Of a stretch of 64,000 nt of DNA, positions 29,177-37,619 are shown piece after piece. The notes under the pieces are model-generated. The model ran no database searches, had not been told where the DNA came from, and was given only the letters and a program-made list of their open reading frames with translations. Source of the DNA: Kiritimatiellia bacterium (GTDB lineage Bacteria > Verrucomicrobiota > Kiritimatiellia > CAIVKH01); assembly GCA_027493775.1 (NCBI GenBank), contig JAOSKE010000001.1:741651-805650 (forward strand). Reading direction: 5' to 3'. Position numbers and translations under genes: made by a program. How positions within the stretch are numbered: the stretch's first letter is position 1; each line of letters begins with the position of its first letter.

Positions 29177-30826
29177 ATGAGTCTTCCGCCTGTCCAGCAA
29201 CAACGAAGTCTCTTTGAGGTCAACGTGCAATTCGCGGGCCTGTTCACGTCAGCGCCAGCGGATCGCTTTCGCTTCTTCAGCGACACGATCATGCCGCAAC
29301 TGCGCGAACTGCGCCCGCAACTTGAAGCGATGTATTGCGCGGACAATGGCCGCCCCGCCGAGGAACCCTCGCGGATGTTGGCCGTGTTGATCTTGCAATT
29401 CATGGAGGGACTGCCTGATCGCAAGGCGGTGGAGGGATGCACCTATGATCTGCGATGGAAGATGGCGCTATGGATGGAAACGGATGAAGCGGCCTTTCAC
29501 GCCACCAGCTTGGTGAAGTTTCGCAATCGGCTCCTGGAGCACAACCTCGTCGAGATCGGATTTGACGCCGTGCTCCAAGCCATGCGCAAGGCGGGTTATC
29601 TCAAGGCCCATAAAGCGCAGCGTCTGGACTCGACGCATGTCATCGGTTTGGTCAGCCACATGAGCCGATTGGAATGCGTTCGAGAGGCCATGCGGCTGGC
29701 GATGGAAGTATTGGCAGAGTTGCCCGAAAGCACACGTCCTGGATCATGGTCCCTGTGGTGGGAACGGTATGTGCAGAGCGCCTTGGACTTCAAAACGGAT
29801 GTAGAGACGCTCAAGCAGAAGATGACTCAGGCGGGCGAGGACGCCCGCGCGATCTTGGCATGGATCGAGACGCAGGTTGATGCGGTCAAAAGCATGAAGT
29901 CGGTGAGTGTTTTACGGCGGGTGTACGAGGAAAACTTTCAAGAAGTGGGCGGTCAGACCGAGCAGACCCACTCGCGACCGTCCGGTGCGGTATATAATCC
30001 GCACGACCCGGATGCGCAGTGGAGCGCCAAGGGGACTATCGCTGGCAAGAACAAGGAGTGGGTGGGTTACAAAGCCCAAATCGCGGAGACTCTGCCAAGC
30101 GCGAAGCCGGAGATGAAGGCGCCCACCGACGCGGTAATCACCGCCATGGTCACCCAACCAGCCATAACGAGCGATCACGGATCGATCTCGGATGTGGAAG
30201 AGGAGTGGAAGCGCGAAGATTTGGACAAGCCGAAAGAGCTTTATGTGGATGGCGGCTATATCTCCGGGGAGGCGCTGGCCGATGCGGGGCGTGAAGAGCG
30301 CGAGATTCATGGTCCCGTTCAACCGGCCCCGAAGCGCGGCGACCGCTTCAGCGCTGAGAGCTTTGACGTGGACATCGATCAGCGGGTGGCGATCTGCCCG
30401 GCCCGCCATGCCAGCACCAACTGCAGTCGCCTCGATGAAGTCAGTGGTAAGATCCACTACCGCTTCGAATGGAATAACCATCTCTGCCAAGCGTGTGAGC
30501 TTCGCAGCCGTTGCCTGGGAGCCAACCAACTCCATCGGACGCTACTGGTGGGTCAGTATCATCCACACATTCAGGCCCGTCGCCGCGAAATGAAAACGGG
30601 GGCGTTCAAAGAGCGGATGCACAAACGCAATGGGGTGGAAGGAACGATCAGCGAGTTAAAAAGAGGCTACGGACTGAGGCGGTGTCGGTATCGAGGGTTG
30701 ATAAAAACCAGTTTGCAAAATTACCTCATTGGGGCCGCCTGCAACATCAAGCGGTGGGCCCGCCGCTTGGCCTGGGAAGCGCTTGGAAATGATGAGATCG
30801 GAATAGATCAAGCAGTCAGGGCGTAA
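29177..30826 (+). CDS. IS5/IS1182-family DDE transposase, copy B (549 aa).
   Basis: Near-identical to 26714..28366, with a one-codon indel (ENFQEVGG versus ENFQQEVGG). Confidence 0.85.
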   Translation: MSLPPVQQQRSLFEVNVQFAGLFTSAPADRFRFFSDTIMPQLRELRPQLEAMYCADNGRPAEEPSRMLAVLILQFMEGLPDRKAVEGCTYDLRWKMALWMETDEAAFHATSLVKFRNRLLEHNLVEIGFDAVLQAMRKAGYLKAHKAQRLDSTHVIGLVSHMSRLECVREAMRLAMEVLAELPESTRPGSWSLWWERYVQSALDFKTDVETLKQKMTQAGEDARAILAWIETQVDAVKSMKSVSVLRRVYEENFQEVGGQTEQTHSRPSGAVYNPHDPDAQWSAKGTIAGKNKEWVGYKAQIAETLPSAKPEMKAPTDAVITAMVTQPAITSDHGSISDVEEEWKREDLDKPKELYVDGGYISGEALADAGREEREIHGPVQPAPKRGDRFSAESFDVDIDQRVAICPARHASTNCSRLDEVSGKIHYRFEWNNHLCQACELRSRCLGANQLHRTLLVGQYHPHIQARRREMKTGAFKERMHKRNGVEGTISELKRGYGLRRCRYRGLIKTSLQNYLIGAACNIKRWARRLAWEALGNDEIGIDQAVRA

Positions 30827-31152
30827 TACGCCATCCAAAAGAACGAAGGCGCGGGCAAAAATGAGCAATCGAACGAATACAGTATGGCAATGCGCATGCC
30901 ACCTCGCACGTTAAGTATGTGTTGTGGCGAAGCGACTGCATATAAGAATGCAGGTCTGTGAGCTTTTTTGAGTGATGAGTTTTTTAAAAGAGGGGTTTTT
31001 CAGCAGAACCGAATGTCTAGACTTGACCCCAATTCCCCTACTGCCGCGACCCCAATTCCCCGCCAATTCCCCGCGTAGCACGAGCGCCCGTCAGAACGCG
31101 AGTAGGTCCGAGGCCCGCACCAGTGGGCCGAGGTAACATGACATGCCAACGA

Positions 31153-31683
31153 TTACGGTTCAGCCGCAACAGCACCACGGTCAACGATGCTGACGTCAAC
31201 AGCGCTAAACTTCCACTGGCCGTTTGTCTCCACGACGCGGATATCGTACTTCTCGCGCACAGTCATCTTGCCCCGGGACGACACAACCACTGCAACGATC
31301 TGAGTAGGCGACTGATTGGGGAACGCTTGGAAGTCTTCCAGCTTGATGCTGTGGAAGCCCGCCCGTTCATGCGCAGCATTGAAATCACGGCCCCGAGATT
31401 CTGGAATGGCATCTTCGCGCTCAACACCCGCAATGGCTTTGCGCGCTTCGGGCGTCAGATAGAAAAGGTAATCCCGCAAATTCGCCTCCACGTTGCTCTT
31501 CAAGAACCCAAGGAACGTCTTTTGTGGGGTCGAACAGTCGCGATGCGGAAGAGTATTCGCCACCGCGCGCGAAAGCTCTTGTCCTTGAAGTGCTGCCAGC
31601 GAAGGAGACTCTTCGGGCGGGCCGCCATGCACAGACAACGCAAACGCGAGAAGAAGCGGAAATAGTGCTGTTGGCTTTACCAT
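31153..31683 (-). CDS. Secreted hypothetical protein (NTF2-like/SnoaL-like fold suspected).
   Basis: Start MVKPTALFPLLLAFALSVHG is a signal peptide. The gene lies directly downstream of, and overlaps, the 1143-aa protein gene. Confidence 0.4.
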   Translation of the reverse strand: MVKPTALFPLLLAFALSVHGGPPEESPSLAALQGQELSRAVANTLPHRDCSTPQKTFLGFLKSNVEANLRDYLFYLTPEARKAIAGVEREDAIPESRGRDFNAAHERAGFHSIKLEDFQAFPNQSPTQIVAVVVSSRGKMTVREKYDIRVVETNGQWKFSAVDVSIVDRGAVAAEP

Positions 31684-34600
31684 GATCCACCTGACTTTGT
31701 GACATTGGTCCAGACTGGCGTTCCCGACGTTTCGTCCCAATACCAATAGACGTGAGGACTACTGTTGGCATCGATGACACAGGCATTCCGCCCGACGCCG
31801 AGGTCATTGGCTTGCTTCCACGCATCCACAATAGAAGCGCCTCCGCCCAAGGCGGACAGGAAGTTGGAGATGATTCCCGCCGAACCTTGATTATCAAGCG
31901 GAGCAGACCAGTTATAGCCCAAGAAATACTTCGGCCCAGTCGGTTCCCACTGGGCACCGGGCGACCACGCTCCTCTGGCCGCATACCACTGCAGCCAAGT
32001 GCCCAAGCCGAAACTCTGTGCGCGGTAATCCTTAATATCCAAGACAGAGCACCCAGCAAGGACTACGTAGTGCATATCCTTGTCCCAATAGCCGGTGACG
32101 TCGCTTGCCGAAAAACCACCCTGCAAAACCGCGGTGTCATGGCCACCATGTCCCGAGTAGTAGAAGTAATCCGCCTGATTCATGAGCTGGCGTTTGTGAC
32201 TGATCCCACAACTGTACTCGGCGGTAAGCACCTCCCGCCCCGCCGCGATAAAGAAGGTCTCATCAACTGGACTATTCGGCGGCGTCGATTCGAGATCGCC
32301 GTAGTTGGTGCTGCGGCCTCGTGTTTCCGCAGATGAGCCGCTCTCGAACGCTTCGCCGTCCGTCAGATTGGAGGGATCGGAAGAACTGCTGCTTCCGTGA
32401 TCGATCCACGCCTTCTCCGTGACTGAATCGCTCTCCTGACTCGGCAGGACACCGAGCGAAATCAGTTGAGCGCGCGTCAGTGCAACCCGCAACTCGGAGT
32501 ACCCACTTCCCTGCGTCAACGTCGTGTTCTGCGCAGTCAACGTAAAGTCTTGGCCGCTCGGAGCGGTCTCCGAAGTCTTGATCTTCAACGTCGTGCCGAG
32601 TGCGTCGAAGATGGTTTGAAGGTCGTTTAGTTGTGGCGTGATCTTGATCTTTATCCGGGTGTCCTTGTCCGAGAGGATGACTTTCCTTTCCTCCAGGTCG
32701 GCCCATCCCGAGTCGTCCGGATCGGCGAAAGTGATGTCCACAGAGAGGACGGCCATCTTATACTCGCCGCCCAAGGTGTTCGTATAGTCCGGATGCATGC
32801 CGAGATCCTGCACGAACAAGTAAGGGCGCGTATCGGCTCCTGCGCTGGCGCTGGTCACAACCTCCTGGTCACTGAGCCAGTGGACCCCTTTTTCAGTTGC
32901 GCCCCGCCACACCACCCGAAATTCCTCTTGCGTGCGACCCTCTTTAACCCAAACACACAAATCCATATCCGCCTTTAATCCCTCGAAATAGGTTTTGACC
33001 CATCCCTCCAAGCCAATATCCGTCATTCCATCGTTTACCCAACCCGGCAGCGAAGATTCATACCTGATAACATAGGGCTGGGCCATGGTGGAGTTTATAT
33101 CGTTGGGATCGCTGTTTTGTGCCAATTCATCATAATTTGAGATGCCGTCCCCATCCGCATCCGCATACAGATTGGTGCCTGGAAATGCCATCTCCCAACT
33201 ATCGGGTATCCCGTTGGCGTTTTCGTCGAGTACCAAGGGATTCCAGCCGTTGGCGATTTCATACGGGTCGCTACCCCACCAGTCGGACACCGCGCCAGAT
33301 GGCGGCGGCCAAGGAAATATGTCGCCATCCGTCGCCCAAGTGTTGGGATTCGTGCCGTGGGTGATGCATTCGGCATAGTCGGAGAGCCCGTCTCCATCGC
33401 TGTCGGCGTTGTGGCGGTCTGTGGGTTCCCCATAAGGGTTCAGGCTGCCTGTCAATTCCTCCTGATCGGTAAGCCCATCCCCGTCTGAATCGGGAATGTC
33501 GGCGGAAGAATTGGAGGTTGGGCTGCTTGTATACTGCCAGTCCATCACTTGATCGGTATCGTGCCCGTTGAACCGCCGATAAAGGCTCCTGCCGGCCCCC
33601 GCCGAAAGGGCATTGCTGCTAATCCAGCCGGTGGTGTCCAGTCCATGCGGGTTGAAGTTGGCGGCATTGCCGCCATACATCAGGCAATCGGCCACAAAGG
33701 TATTCGTGCCCACTTCCGCTGCGAGCCGCACCGCCGCTGTTGCGTCATTGGTGAACCGGTTGGGCATGGTGAAATCCACTTCCAAATCGCGATTCGTCAC
33801 CAGCGATCCGCCCAGCAGCAGGAACCGGCCCGGATCAATCCAGGTATTAGGCGGGAACACATAAGCATTGGTATAAGCTGTATCGGCAACCTGAATGACG
33901 AAGCCACCGAGATCCACAGGATAGCGTCCGGCGGAATATAGTTCGATCCACTCCTTGCCCCAATCCGTACCCGACGCGTCGTAAAGAACTTCATTGAGAA
34001 CGACGCCCCGCGCCAGCTTGGGAGCGCTGAACCGGTCGAGCGGATCGGTTTCCTCGGCCAGTTCCTCCGCATCGCTCCACCCGTCCCCGTCGGTGTCAGG
34101 ATTTCCGGGATCGGTGCGGTGAATGAAGATTTCCGCGCCATCGGTCAGCCCGTCGCCATCGGAATCCAACCGGTTCGCCACGGCATAAAACCGGACTCGG
34201 GCACTGGTGGGAATGTTCGCATCTTCAAAGATGCCAACCCCGTTAGTCAACACCAGATTGGTTGTCAGGCATTCCCACGCGTTTTCGATGCCGTCGAAGG
34301 GCGGGGAAACCGGATGCCAAGCCGTATGGCTGTTGGTCAAAACTTCGTCGTATTCGTTGGTCCAAACCACCACGGAAACGCTGGACGTGTGCCAAACGGT
34401 ATAGGCGAACACTTCGGCGGCGCTCGCTCCGTTCGTTACCGTGATCCGCATGGAACCATTGGTCAGGCACTGAATCCCGGCTATACCGAACTCGTTTGCG
34501 CCCAAGCTGCGCAAGACCATCCCGCCGGTCTTTTTCGTTTTGGCGGTCCGGGCTTCTTCGTACTCCGCGATGCGGCTTTCGGTGTATAGGTACGGCTCGA

Positions 34601-35108
34601 CATCCTCGGAGGGAAGCAAATCCAGTTGCAAGGTCACGCGGGACGGATCGGCATCCTCCGGCCATTCTCGGAAAACTTGATCGGTACGGATGGCCGCAAT
34701 CAGCTTGCCATCGGCGTTGAAAACAAGCGTTTCCCGCGTATCGGGGTCCAGCGTCAGCGAAAGCGGATAGATTGCCACGCTGTTCTTGTCCTCTCCTAAA
34801 AGCTCGGCCAGAAACTTCTCGTCGAAGTTCCTGGCGTCGAAAGGTACCACAGCCGGGGACATTGGCTGCACCCAAGAAAATCCCGGCGGAGTCATGCGAT
34901 TAAACACACGGCGCTGGACTTCTGCGCCTTCCGCCAAGTCCTGAATGTCTAAAACCTCATTCGCCATGAAATCAGCGTATTGCTCGGCATCAATTGCGGT
35001 GGGTTCTTCGGCGCGGGGAGGAGGCGACGCAAATGAAACAAGACATAGCGCGGTCAAAAGCGCAGCGATCCCGATAGCGGCTTGGGGATGCGTGTTCGAC
35101 TTATTCAT
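31677..35108 (-). CDS. Large secreted multidomain protein: signal peptide, thrombospondin type-3-like Ca-binding repeats, a lamin-tail (LTD)-like domain, and a C-terminal caspase/clostripain-fold cysteine peptidase-like domain.
   Basis: Signal peptide MNKSNTHPQAAIGIAALLTALCLVSFASP. TSP3 repeats (DSDGDGLTDGAE, DTDGDGWSDAEE, DSDGDGLTDQEE, DSDGDGLSDYAE, DADGDGISNYDE). LTD-like segment VVLNEVLYDASGTDWGKEWIELYSAGRYPVDLGGFVIQ. C-terminal His/Cys dyad context DYFYYSGHGGHDTAVL … YVVLAGCSVLDI. Confidence 0.65.
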   Translation of the reverse strand: MNKSNTHPQAAIGIAALLTALCLVSFASPPPRAEEPTAIDAEQYADFMANEVLDIQDLAEGAEVQRRVFNRMTPPGFSWVQPMSPAVVPFDARNFDEKFLAELLGEDKNSVAIYPLSLTLDPDTRETLVFNADGKLIAAIRTDQVFREWPEDADPSRVTLQLDLLPSEDVEPYLYTESRIAEYEEARTAKTKKTGGMVLRSLGANEFGIAGIQCLTNGSMRITVTNGASAAEVFAYTVWHTSSVSVVVWTNEYDEVLTNSHTAWHPVSPPFDGIENAWECLTTNLVLTNGVGIFEDANIPTSARVRFYAVANRLDSDGDGLTDGAEIFIHRTDPGNPDTDGDGWSDAEELAEETDPLDRFSAPKLARGVVLNEVLYDASGTDWGKEWIELYSAGRYPVDLGGFVIQVADTAYTNAYVFPPNTWIDPGRFLLLGGSLVTNRDLEVDFTMPNRFTNDATAAVRLAAEVGTNTFVADCLMYGGNAANFNPHGLDTTGWISSNALSAGAGRSLYRRFNGHDTDQVMDWQYTSSPTSNSSADIPDSDGDGLTDQEELTGSLNPYGEPTDRHNADSDGDGLSDYAECITHGTNPNTWATDGDIFPWPPPSGAVSDWWGSDPYEIANGWNPLVLDENANGIPDSWEMAFPGTNLYADADGDGISNYDELAQNSDPNDINSTMAQPYVIRYESSLPGWVNDGMTDIGLEGWVKTYFEGLKADMDLCVWVKEGRTQEEFRVVWRGATEKGVHWLSDQEVVTSASAGADTRPYLFVQDLGMHPDYTNTLGGEYKMAVLSVDITFADPDDSGWADLEERKVILSDKDTRIKIKITPQLNDLQTIFDALGTTLKIKTSETAPSGQDFTLTAQNTTLTQGSGYSELRVALTRAQLISLGVLPSQESDSVTEKAWIDHGSSSSSDPSNLTDGEAFESGSSAETRGRSTNYGDLESTPPNSPVDETFFIAAGREVLTAEYSCGISHKRQLMNQADYFYYSGHGGHDTAVLQGGFSASDVTGYWDKDMHYVVLAGCSVLDIKDYRAQSFGLGTWLQWYAARGAWSPGAQWEPTGPKYFLGYNWSAPLDNQGSAGIISNFLSALGGGASIVDAWKQANDLGVGRNACVIDANSSPHVYWYWDETSGTPVWTNVTKSGGSW

Positions 35109-35141
35109 GAGTTATTTTTCGGGTCTATTGGGGGTCTATTC

Positions 35142-35566
35142 GGGTCGAGTAAAGACATTTTCTATTTAGCGCCTTCTCGCAATACAGATAAACGCATACT
35201 CGTGACGAATAGGTAGCTGAGGCGGGCAAGTGAGGTCGGCCAATACGGTGCTGTTGTAGGCGGTTGTTCAAACGAGTTGTCACAGGGTCTGACGACGAGA
35301 GCGAAGCGAGGAGGGACTCAGGGAACGAGTCGAAGCCACAGCAAGAAAGTTCATACGGTTGCAACATGTCTAGTTTTCCACGATTTTGCGCCATAATACA
35401 GCCCGCAAACGAACCACGCAGTTAACCATCAACCCTCCCCAGATCGTTGTCAACACGCCTTTTGCCTTGGCCAAAATCACCGATCATGAGAATTGATCCC
35501 CACTCCCCCGTTTTGATTTTTGGACGCGAGAACACAAACCAAATGTCGAATGTCTAGACTTGACCC
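35142..35566. repeat. REP/BIME-like non-coding element (about 425 bp) bounded by the inverted 19-bp palindromic termini GGGGTCRAGTCTAGACATT … AATGTCTAGACTTGACCCC. Copy 1.
   Basis: Left terminus at 35142-35159 (degenerate: gggtcgagtaaagacatt). Right terminus at 35548-35566. The interior is conserved with copies at 55022-55446 and 63017-63393. GGTCTATTGGGG direct repeats precede the left end. Confidence 0.55.
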
Positions 35567-35998
35567 CAACTGCTCTAACTGCTCCGGTGTCTTATTTAAA
35601 GCGTTGTTCAAATATTTTATACATACCTCAATTAGCTTTAGTCGCTCATCTTGCGCATCTACTAAACACGTGCTCAACTCTGCAGTGGCAGAGGTAGGCC
35701 ACACCTTTAATACACCACGAACATTCGGGTTCAAATAGACCTCAATACGACGCATCATGACATCACCGCTGATCCAAGTTCCAAATATAGAACACAAAAA
35801 CCTAAACAGATAGCTGCCAGCGTATTCACGCAAATATGAACCGCGCATCTCTCTTACAAAATAACCGCGACCATACGCGAGCAGGGTTATCTGTTCTTGT
35901 GGTGTTGTCGCAGAATCAACGCCTACATCCTGCCATCCATGGCGCTTCTTAATAAATTTTATATTGCTAATCTCATTCACCCGGCTCACGCCCTTCAT
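35477..35998 (-). CDS. Immunity-protein candidate for the CT3 Rhs toxin. Reads through its normal stop because of a 1-bp deletion relative to the paralogue at 55470..55877.
   Basis: The first 134 aa ([28 protein letters not shown]…CIKYLNNA) are identical to the 135-aa copy at 55470..55877. An A-run (tttaaag versus tttaaaag) shifts the frame, so the ORF extends into the REP-like element. The gene is AT-rich compared with the Rhs core. Confidence 0.5.
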   Translation of the reverse strand: MKGVSRVNEISNIKFIKKRHGWQDVGVDSATTPQEQITLLAYGRGYFVREMRGSYLREYAGSYLFRFLCSIFGTWISGDVMMRRIEVYLNPNVRGVLKVWPTSATAELSTCLVDAQDERLKLIEVCIKYLNNALNKTPEQLEQLGSSLDIRHLVCVLASKNQNGGVGINSHDR

Positions 35999-36692
35999 TT
36001 TTTGGGGTTAGTTCATTTTCAATTGCCTCTCGTGCGGTCTGCTCTAGAAGTGCTTTAATCGGATGAGCCAACAGCGTCTTTAGATTAGGCCCATCATTAA
36101 TAAAATCTGCAATACCCTCAGAAGCGGGACCCTCGCCCAGAAGTGTGGTCACAATCTTCCTGATAAGCTCTTCGCTTGCCTGAATCGCTTGCCCGGGAAC
36201 CTTCAGTAGTTCTTTCGCTTGTTCTGCGAGTTGGGAGGCGACGTTGTCGTAAGCATCTACAAGATGCTCCCAAACCGCACCTGCAAAATTATTAAGCGTA
36301 TATTCTCCAGCTTTCCAAGCCGCATCGCGTGGGTTCTCTCCCAACCCAAGCGGGTCGATATAATTGACCGGATCCCCATGACAGTACAGATACAGATTTG
36401 CCTGTCCGCCCCGAAACAGTATGGGGTCTTTGGCCAGCCATCTCCCAGTCATCGGATCATAATCCCTGTAGCCAAATCGGACCAAGCCCGTGCCAGGGTC
36501 ATACATACCACCCGCGAATCCGAATGGCTGAAATCCCGGGTTCGTGTCCTCCAGAACACTGCCCCATTCGTCGTAGTCCATCCGCTGCGCAACGGCGCCG
36601 GTCTGGGCATCCACCACCAGCCGCACGCTGCCAAGATGATCTGTAATGATCCGATACACATTTCCGGTCGTCATCATGCCTATACTCTTCAT
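35973..36692 (-). CDS. Orphan Rhs C-terminal fragment: end of the Rhs core plus a C-terminal toxin domain of unknown activity (CT3).
   Basis: …[105 protein letters not shown] is the RHS repeat-associated core (DPxGL), followed by a roughly 130-aa CT domain. The same CT sits at 55852..56250. Confidence 0.7.
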   Translation of the reverse strand: MKSIGMMTTGNVYRIITDHLGSVRLVVDAQTGAVAQRMDYDEWGSVLEDTNPGFQPFGFAGGMYDPGTGLVRFGYRDYDPMTGRWLAKDPILFRGGQANLYLYCHGDPVNYIDPLGLGENPRDAAWKAGEYTLNNFAGAVWEHLVDAYDNVASQLAEQAKELLKVPGQAIQASEELIRKIVTTLLGEGPASEGIADFINDGPNLKTLLAHPIKALLEQTAREAIENELTPKNEGREPGE

Positions 36693-36811
36693 GACGGTTA
36701 CCTCCGGGCTTCGTGGCGGGCCACCATGGCCGCGTCGTCAATTGCTTGATGGGCATTTTTACCCGCCCTTCATGTTATCTGACCCCGTTTGCCTGCTACG
36801 ACAATCACCCT

Positions 36812-36866
36812 CGCGATACCGAAATTTATCCGCGTCCCAAGAGGTTCATGAATAATCCGGGCTAAC
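36812..36866. mobile_element. Solo right-end fragment of the IS4-superfamily element (as at 54020-54075).
   Basis: CCGAAATTTATCCGCGTCCCAAGAGGTTCATGAATAATCCGGGCT matches the right terminus of 52383..54075. Confidence 0.45.
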
Positions 36867-36905
36867 CGCCTTTCATGCTATCTGACCCCTATTCCCTGAC
36901 CCCAA

Positions 36906-37619
36906 CTACTCCATCCCGTTCATCTCCCCTTGGCCATTACTGATGATCGCTTCGAACCACGATAGGTAATTCATAATGCCATGGCAGGCAATGGCAGGAT
37001 ATAGACTCTTATAGCGGTCATAAATCACTGTAATTGAAAAGATGAATATAACTCGAACAAGAAAACTCCGTACACTTGTTGTCGATGATAAGTGCATCAC
37101 CGAGTGTAGTAACGTAACAATTATCATACTCAGTGTTCTTCCCCAACGATCTCGCAAGGCTTGATAGATCATGCCTCGGTAAAGCATTTCTTCAGCAATA
37201 GGTGATGCCAATACACTGGTAAACCCGCGAACGGTTGTCAGCAGTATTACGCTTTTTATAAAGTGCTCGCCGGTGGAATCAAAAAGTATTGGGATCCTTA
37301 TAGCTGATGGAGAAACGACAACGTGTACAGTCAAGTATATGGCAAGACCAAGCACACCACCACGAATTAGGCCGCGACTGCGCTGCTCCCGCGTGAATCC
37401 AAGCAAATCCCACGTCGCAGAATGTCGGCGGAGTATTGTGCCGACTCCGACAAGGACCGCTACATCGTAAAGGAAAACGGCAACGTAGGGATTGTGTCGT
37501 AGTGAATTGCTGAAACAAACTGCGGTCCCTATCGTAACAACCAGCGCAAACGTCCACACAAAGGCGCAGTCACGTACAGACCATGGGACGCGATCGCCTG
37601 AGTGCGGAGTCGCGTTCAT
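36906..37619 (-). CDS. CPBP/Abi-family intramembrane metalloprotease (CAAX protease self-immunity). Immunity candidate for the CT2 orphan toxin.
   Basis: Polytopic membrane protein with the EEMLYRG (EExxxR) motif and HxxxH-like …LLHSVMH… It overlaps the stop of the 37616..39379 toxin gene. Confidence 0.65.
   Translation of the reverse strand: MNATPHSGDRVPWSVRDCAFVWTFALVVTIGTAVCFSNSLRHNPYVAVFLYDVAVLVGVGTILRRHSATWDLLGFTREQRSRGLIRGGVLGLAIYLTVHVVVSPSAIRIPILFDSTGEHFIKSVILLTTVRGFTSVLASPIAEEMLYRGMIYQALRDRWGRTLSMIIVTLLHSVMHLSSTTSVRSFLVRVIFIFSITVIYDRYKSLYPAIACHGIMNYLSWFEAIISNGQGEMNGME

Larger units (their letters stand above)
28907..31010 (+). mobile_element. IS5/IS1182-family insertion sequence, copy B.
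   Basis: About 99% identical to copy A. The right flank GAATGTCTAGACTTGACCCC lies at 31011-31030. Confidence 0.6.

Noticed and set aside
26425-31130. A CRISPR array, suggested by the highly regular repeats and short repeated motifs (CCCCAATTCCCC x3 at 31041-31090, CCCAACTGCTCC x3 at 28563-28595)
   Set aside because: The large repeats are 2.1-kb IS copies with transposase genes. The short motifs are contiguous direct repeats without unique spacers of fixed length, and there are no cas genes in the window.
35125-35394. ORFs inside REP-like elements (35125..35394, 54814..55272) as independent protein-coding genes
   Set aside because: They lie wholly within non-coding repeat copies, differ between copies by indels, and read out into neighbouring genes in wrong frames. 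Only the in-frame fusion at 60837..63230 is considered possibly meaningful.
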